This document shows positions 51,037 to 56,365 of a stretch of 56,365 bases of DNA, piece by piece. Position 1 is the stretch's first letter. Every line of letters starts with the position of its first letter. Source of the DNA: Patescibacteria group bacterium (GTDB lineage: Bacteria > Patescibacteriota > Patescibacteriia > UBA9934 > GWF2-40-263); assembly GCA_038065075.1 (NCBI GenBank), contig JBBTRQ010000023.1, forward strand, positions 1-56,365, given 5' to 3'. Position numbers and translations under genes: made by a program. The notes beneath the pieces were generated by a model that did not search any database, was not told the origin of the DNA, and saw only the letters and a list, made by a program, of their open reading frames with translations.

Positions 51037-51465
51037 ATGATTACTATTCGACTCTCCCGCGTTGGAACCAAGCGCGCCCCGGTCTACCGCGTGGTCGTTC
51101 AGCCAAAGCACAACGACCCGTGGGCCATCGCCACCGAAATTCTCGGCCACTTCAACCCCCGCAAGGAACCACGCGAACTCGTCCTTAATGTCGAGCGCGT
51201 GAAATACTGGCTTAGTCAGGGCGCCGAGGCCAGCGACACCGTGTGGAATCTTCTCTTGGACGAAAAAATCGTTGAAGGCAAGAAGCGTAGCGTGAGCCAT
51301 ATCTCTGGCACGCGCACCAAGAAGCTGGCGGATAAGGCCACCGAGGCAAAGGCAAAGGCTGACGAAGCCGCCACCAAGACTAAGCAAGTCGCTGAAGCCG
51401 CAAAGGCCGCCGCAGAGGCACCAGCACCAGAAGCTCCAGCACCAGAAGAACAACCAGCATCCTAA
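51037..51465 (+). CDS. rpsP: 30S ribosomal protein S16 with Lys/Ala/Pro-rich C-terminal extension
   Basis: MITIRLSRVGTKRAPVYRVVV.. with tail KAKADEAATK..APAPEAPAPEE. Confidence 0.9.
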   Translation: MITIRLSRVGTKRAPVYRVVVQPKHNDPWAIATEILGHFNPRKEPRELVLNVERVKYWLSQGAEASDTVWNLLLDEKIVEGKKRSVSHISGTRTKKLADKATEAKAKADEAATKTKQVAEAAKAAAEAPAPEAPAPEEQPAS

Positions 51466-51494
51466 GACCTAGGCGGGAGTCCATCTCCCGCCTA

Positions 51495-52607
51495 TTGGTT
51501 TATATGATCCAGTCACGCCACGAACAATTTGAAACACTCTTTCCCTCCGAGCCTGCGTTTCGATGGAAGCAAATCGAAGGTGCGTTTTTTTCGTCGGCAA
51601 AAAGTTGGGACGACGTGACGACCATCTCAAAGTCGATGCGCGAGAAGCTGGCAGTCATCCCATGGATGAGCGTTACCTCACAGACAGTTCAAGTCAGCGG
51701 TAACGGGGACACGCACAAGGCGCTTCTCAGAGTCGAGGGCGACAAGGAAATCGAAACCGTCCTCATGAAAAACCGTGCGGGTGCCTGGACGATCTGCGTC
51801 TCATCTCAAGTGGGCTGTGCCATGCGCTGTGGTTTTTGCGCGACCGGCAAGATGGGTCTCACACGCAGTCTCATCGCCGACGAGATCGTGGACCAGTATC
51901 GATTTTGGCAACGATATCTGGTAGACCCGGGCTTTCCTGCCAGCCATAGCTTTAGCGACGGCGGGAGCCCGGGCGCACCCAGGCTGAAGCCTGGGACTAC
52001 CGAGAGAATCAGCAACATCGTCTTCATGGGCATGGGCGAGCCGCTCGCCAACTACGAGGAAGTAAAGCTGACGCTCAACACCCTTTTGAAATTTACCGAC
52101 CTTGGCGAGACCCGCCTCATGGTCTCCACCGTGGGCGTGCTCCCACGACTCGAACAGCTCCTCACGGACCCAGAGTGGCCACACGTGCGTCTGGCCGTTT
52201 CGCTTCACTCCGCTATCGAAGAGACACGCAAAAAAATCGTACCAACCAGTTACGACGAATTTCTTCCTAAACTATCCGACTGGGCGAAGCGCTACCTTCA
52301 AAAATTCGGCAATCGCCGTCACCACCTCACCTTTGAATACGTCATGCTCAAGGGCGTGAACGACTCACCCGCGCATGCCAAGGCGCTGGCCGTCTTCGTG
52401 AACCGCATCGGACGGATCAAGGTCAATCTCATTCCCTACAACCTTACGGACTGCGAATATCAACGGTCAACGGACACGACGATCACCGCCTTTCTTGATA
52501 CCCTCGCGCGCAATCACGTCACGGCCACCATCCGCCACACGATGGGTGACGACATCAATGCCGCCTGCGGACAGCTCATCGTCAATCAAACGGCCACGAC
52601 CGAGTAA
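51495..52607 (+). CDS. rlmN: 23S rRNA/tRNA adenine-C2 methyltransferase RlmN (radical SAM), carrying an in-frame hairpin element
   Basis: CAMRCGFCATG, NIVFMGMGEPLANY and a C-terminal ..CGQL motif. Confidence 0.9.
   Translation: MVYMIQSRHEQFETLFPSEPAFRWKQIEGAFFSSAKSWDDVTTISKSMREKLAVIPWMSVTSQTVQVSGNGDTHKALLRVEGDKEIETVLMKNRAGAWTICVSSQVGCAMRCGFCATGKMGLTRSLIADEIVDQYRFWQRYLVDPGFPASHSFSDGGSPGAPRLKPGTTERISNIVFMGMGEPLANYEEVKLTLNTLLKFTDLGETRLMVSTVGVLPRLEQLLTDPEWPHVRLAVSLHSAIEETRKKIVPTSYDEFLPKLSDWAKRYLQKFGNRRHHLTFEYVMLKGVNDSPAHAKALAVFVNRIGRIKVNLIPYNLTDCEYQRSTDTTITAFLDTLARNHVTATIRHTMGDDINAACGQLIVNQTATTE
51926..51973 (+). repeat. hairpin element copy inside rlmN
   Basis: CCCGGGCTTTCCTGCCAGCCATAGCTTTAGCGACGGCGGGAGCCCGGG is translated as DPGFPASHSFSDGGSPG. 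It is followed by the short hairpin CCCAGGCTGAAGCCTGGG (51978-51995). Confidence 0.85.
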
Positions 52608-52666
52608 CCCATTGAGCTTGACAGCCGCGGCGGGGCTGTGCTAGTCTCTAAGCACAACTGAAGAAA

Positions 52667-52785
52667 ACGTATTCAGAGTGTAGCGAGGGAACTAGCCCGA
52701 TGACCTGCCCGCAACCTACTCGCAAGAGCAAGGTGCGACCTCTAGCCCCGCAAGGGGAAAGATGCAACGGCAAAGCTGAATACGT
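52667..52785 (+). promoter_or_regulatory. SAM-I (S-box)-like riboswitch aptamer
   Basis: P1 is ACGTATTCAG/CTGAATACGT. The core AGAGTGTAGCGAGGGAACTAGCCCGATGACCTGCCCGCAACC..GGTGCGACCTCTAGCC..CCCCGCAAGGGGAAAGATG matches the conserved S-box string GAGGGA-CUGGCCCGAUGA-CC-GGCAACC..GGUGC..GAAAGAUG. P3 covaries (CGCAACC/GGTGCG). Confidence 0.65.
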
Positions 52786-52913
52786 CGCCCACAAGGCGAT
52801 CGTTTTGTTTAGACGATCCCCCTGCAGGCGACGTATTCGCCAAACCGTCTGATTAAGCGCGTCTTTCCATCATGGGAAGGCGCGTTTGTTCTTTCACAAC
52901 CAGGGAGGACGGC

Positions 52914-53153
52914 ATGACCGACCACAACCCAGAGCCCGACGACTTCGTCTTCAACGACACGGCGCCGGCCGGACTCGCGCGATCGCCATACGGCTGCGCA
53001 GACGAGGACGCACTCATCCGCGAACTGGACTTCCGCCGCGCCCGTGAACGGTTAGAGCAGGGTCTGGATCCGCTCACCGGCAAGCCCTACAACCGCTCGG
53101 TGGATCCCTTCGCCACCACCTGGGATCTGGAGCCGATCGAGGAGTCATTGTGA
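52914..53153 (+). CDS. hypothetical acidic protein (79 aa), GC-rich
   Basis: GGGAGG lies 5 nt before ATG 52914. It is the first ORF after the riboswitch and its hairpins. Confidence 0.5.
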   Translation: MTDHNPEPDDFVFNDTAPAGLARSPYGCADEDALIRELDFRRARERLEQGLDPLTGKPYNRSVDPFATTWDLEPIEESL

Positions 53154-53374
53154 TCCTCTTCCAACCCTGTTCGTACCATTATCCGGAACTACTCGGATAC
53201 GAGCGACTCGAGTGGGCCGCGAGCATGGGTCGAGCGCATGATCGCAAGACGCGGTGTCTTCCTCGTGCCCGAGAAACCTGGCCGCCTTGAAAAACGACGC
53301 GGTCGTGAACACCTCACGACCCTTTTCCCCGCCCTGCGACATTCCGTCGTAGGGCGGGGACGAAGGAGCCCATC

Positions 53375-53806
53375 ATGTCCGTCATCGCTCTGGAACGTCC
53401 GGCTATCGAGGCTGTGCTCATCCGTGTTGACCCTCAAGAGTTCGAGCGTCAGCGTTTGCGCTTCACATCCGGTCTGCGCGTCCCTGGCCTCGCTCGCTAC
53501 GAACTCCGCGGCACTCCCGTCCGCTTCGCAGGAGTGAGTCAGGGTGGAGGAATCGACTCGCACTCGAGCAAGCGCGTCGGTGTGTTCGTGGAACGGTCAG
53601 GAGCATCTGGACTCTACGAGCCGCCGCACGAAGCAGTGCGCTCGTGCGATCTTCTCGTCGTCGTGCGTGCCCCAACAGCACGAGAACGAGCGGAAAGCCC
53701 ACTCAAACTCAGCGCCCTGAGGATCGTCGAGGCCGTTCGACTGCGTCCGGGCTCGCTCGAAGGCTTGGAAAGCCTTGAGATCACCGAACCGTTCGTCGTC
53801 TGCTGA
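53375..53806 (+). CDS. hypothetical protein (143 aa), GC-rich
   Basis: AAGGAG lies 6 nt before the ATG. No family recognised. Confidence 0.5.
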   Translation: MSVIALERPAIEAVLIRVDPQEFERQRLRFTSGLRVPGLARYELRGTPVRFAGVSQGGGIDSHSSKRVGVFVERSGASGLYEPPHEAVRSCDLLVVVRAPTARERAESPLKLSALRIVEAVRLRPGSLEGLESLEITEPFVVC

Positions 53807-53890
53807 ACCAACGAGCAGCGGTACGATCCGCTGCTTTTTCTTGACGAGCGACGCTGGATTCTCTAGGCTCCCCTTGAAAGGAGAGAGCCG

Positions 53891-54313
53891 ATGAGTCTCA
53901 CCGAACGTCCCAAGTGGCGCATGACCCGCTGCGAAGCGCAGGTGATCCTGGATCTGGAGGCGCTGAATCGCGCCCTGCGCGCGCCCGAGCGCTGGGTACC
54001 AGAGCCGCTCATCACGCTCTTGATGAGTGCGCGCAAGGGCGGCCGACCGCATGTCACTCTGCGTACGCTCAAGAAGCAGGGCTATGTCGAGTACGACCCG
54101 ACCCAGCTGGCCTGGCGCCGAACCGGCAAGCCGGTTCCTCGACCCGAAGTGCTGTCGGGCGACGCGCCCAACCCGATCCCGCAAGACGCCATGAGCCGGC
54201 TCGCGACTGCATGGAGACGCGGACGTCGCTCCTTCACGCTGGAGGATCTCGCCGCAACGCCGCCGGATCTCAAGGGCGTTCCCAAGTCCAGTCCCAAACG
54301 CGGCCGCGCATGA
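53891..54313 (+). CDS. hypothetical basic protein (140 aa), possibly wHTH, GC-rich
   Basis: AAGGAG lies 7 nt before the ATG. The segment ..VTLRTLKKQGYVEYD.. is winged-helix-like. Confidence 0.45.
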   Translation: MSLTERPKWRMTRCEAQVILDLEALNRALRAPERWVPEPLITLLMSARKGGRPHVTLRTLKKQGYVEYDPTQLAWRRTGKPVPRPEVLSGDAPNPIPQDAMSRLATAWRRGRRSFTLEDLAATPPDLKGVPKSSPKRGRA

Positions 54314-54358
54314 GCCGCAAACGCAAAGCGGCCCTTCGATCAACTCAGGGTCGCCTCG

Positions 54359-54388
54359 CCCGCCATAGCTCGTCAGAGCGACGGCGGG
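54359..54388. repeat. hairpin element copy at the convergent junction, overlapping the last codons of trmD
   Basis: CCCGCCATAGCTCGTCAGAGCGACGGCGGG. The trmD end ..KKYPPSL* is encoded by its right arm. Confidence 0.8.
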
Positions 54389-55044
54389 TATTTCTTTTTG
54401 GATTCTTCCTCTCGCCACTGGGCGATTTTTTTGTGATCGCCGGAGAGAAGAACCTCGGGGACCTTCCAGCCTTTGTAGTCTTCCGGCTTCGTATACTGCG
54501 GATATTCTTGATAGCCTTCCTCGCTGTGCGATTCCTGTTTGAGCGACTCCGCCTCAATGACACCGGGCACCATCCGGGCAACGGCATCGATCATGACCAT
54601 GGCTGGAAGCTCGCCACCGGTGAGCACGTAGTTCCCGATCGAGAGCGCCTCATTAGCGATGTGCTCGGTTACGCGGTGGTCGATCCCCTCGTAGCGCCCG
54701 CACAGGAAAATGAGTTGATCGTATTTCGCTAAACGTCTGGCATCTTCTTGCGTGAACGTCTTTCCCGAAGCCGCCGTCACGATGACTCGCGTTTTTTTCA
54801 ACCGTCGTTTCACCTTCTTCACCGCTTTCTCAAACGGCTCCACCTTCATGACCATGCCGGCGCCGCCCCCATAGGGTGTGTCATCGACTTTGTGATGTTT
54901 GTCCGTTGACCAGTCACGTAACTGGTGGGCACGCACCTCAATGAGTTTCGCCTTCTGTGCCCGACCCAAAATCGACGCGCCCACGTAGGGCTCGACGACT
55001 TCGGGAAAGATGGTAATCACATCAAATTGAATCCTTTTGCGCAT
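54373..55044 (-). CDS. trmD: tRNA (guanine37-N1)-methyltransferase
   Basis: FDVITIFPEVVEPY.., GRYEGIDHRV, LSIGNYVLTGGELPAMVMIDAV. Confidence 0.92.
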   Translation of the reverse strand: MRKRIQFDVITIFPEVVEPYVGASILGRAQKAKLIEVRAHQLRDWSTDKHHKVDDTPYGGGAGMVMKVEPFEKAVKKVKRRLKKTRVIVTAASGKTFTQEDARRLAKYDQLIFLCGRYEGIDHRVTEHIANEALSIGNYVLTGGELPAMVMIDAVARMVPGVIEAESLKQESHSEEGYQEYPQYTKPEDYKGWKVPEVLLSGDHKKIAQWREEESKKKYPPSL

Positions 55045-55096
55045 ACAAAAAATCGGTCAGCCTTAGCTTAACCGATTTTTTGATTTCACTCTAGGT

Positions 55097-55477
55097 TTAG
55101 ATCCCTAAGTCATCTACAGACGTATCGTCGTCCGAACTGCGGGATTCCTCGCGTGGCGCTCGGTCATCGCGATCTTCGCGATGTTCACGAGGTGGGCGGC
55201 GGGAACCTTCTGGCTCATAGATCTTGAGGTTGACGCGGGCATTCTCCTTGGCGCCAACGATCTTGAGCAAAGTGCGAACCGCGCGAGCTGTCTGACCCTG
55301 TCGACCGATCACATACCCCATGTCTTCCTGGTTGATGTGAAGAGTGATGAGAACTCCGCGCTCGTCAACGATGCGCTCTGTGGTAACGTCATCTGGATGA
55401 TTGACGATGCCGCGAATGATGTACTCAACGAACTCCTGGTCGTGGTATTTCTCAGCCATAGCTGTTACTACCTTCAT
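55097..55477 (-). CDS. KH-domain RNA-binding protein (UPF0109/KhpA-like) with Arg/Asp-rich tail
   Basis: VIGRQGQTARAVRTLLKIVG is a KH GXXG region. The start is possibly MAEKY. Confidence 0.8.
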   Translation of the reverse strand: MKVVTAMAEKYHDQEFVEYIIRGIVNHPDDVTTERIVDERGVLITLHINQEDMGYVIGRQGQTARAVRTLLKIVGAKENARVNLKIYEPEGSRRPPREHREDRDDRAPREESRSSDDDTSVDDLGI

Positions 55478-55596
55478 TACTGTTTCGAAATGTCATCCCT
55501 CGTCTTGTCTCTCGACCGCGGCAGCATGGCGCCACCTAAAGACACGAGGGAGGAACATTCATAGGATAATCCAAAAAAAGATGGGGAGTCAAGCTA

Positions 55597-55625
55597 TTGA
55601 CAGTATTTACGGCCTTTTATACAAT
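55597..55625 (+). promoter_or_regulatory. rRNA operon promoter candidate
   Basis: TTGACA-17 nt-TACAAT, about 210 nt upstream of the 16S 5' end. Confidence 0.6.
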
Positions 55626-55837
55626 GCCCGCGCTCATTACAACTAAATCTTCTCCAAATCATACACATGGCTTGTAAGTAGCCATAAGACAACTTGTCTT
55701 TTGTATGATTGCAACGTTTATTCCCCGCCCGCCGTAGCTCGCAAGAGCGAAGGCTGGGCAGTCCGCCATAGCCCGCAAGGACAACGGTGGACGAAATAGC
55801 AGAGCCCTTCGACCGAGCATAGCTCGGCTCAGGGCAT

Positions 55838-56365
<528 letters not shown>

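Overview
56.4-kb chromosomal window from a small-genome, probably uncultivated CPR/Patescibacteria-like bacterium. That placement is an inference from gene content, housekeeping genes without Shine-Dalgarno (SD) sites, and a divergent 16S. The backbone is about 50% GC. It holds gyrA (5' part, split by an HNH intein and absent from the ORF track), phd/doc, rpsA, ftsH, pilB, tsaE-tsaD, typA, a type IV pilus operon, tRNA-Glu, ribE, arfB, hsp20, VanW, clpP, nrnA, a short smc with no visible hinge, rpsP, rlmN, trmD, a KH protein and the first ~530 nt of 16S rRNA. Several accessory layers sit on top of this. (i) About 11 short GC-rich (~65%) units of 1-3 genes with strong SD sites are wedged between housekeeping genes; two are bracketed by 28-55 bp duplications of the local target. 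(ii) Between smc and rpsP, five attC-like imperfect palindromes (CCTCAAC...GTTGAGG, variable centre) delimit hicBA and other units. This looks like an integron/CALIN-like array, but no integrase is in view. (iii) A GC hairpin element (CCGCCATAGC-loop-GCGACGGCGG) is inserted in-frame in tsaD, smc and rlmN, is used as a terminator, and also appears in the 16S leader and V1 helix. (iv) Other REP-like hairpin families are present, and one is caught as a filled versus empty site. (v) An S-box (SAM-I)-like riboswitch precedes GC-rich genes of unknown function. (vi) There are five TA pairs and a GHKL-ATPase/STAS pair. No recombinase, transposase, CRISPR array or reverse transcriptase is visible in the window.
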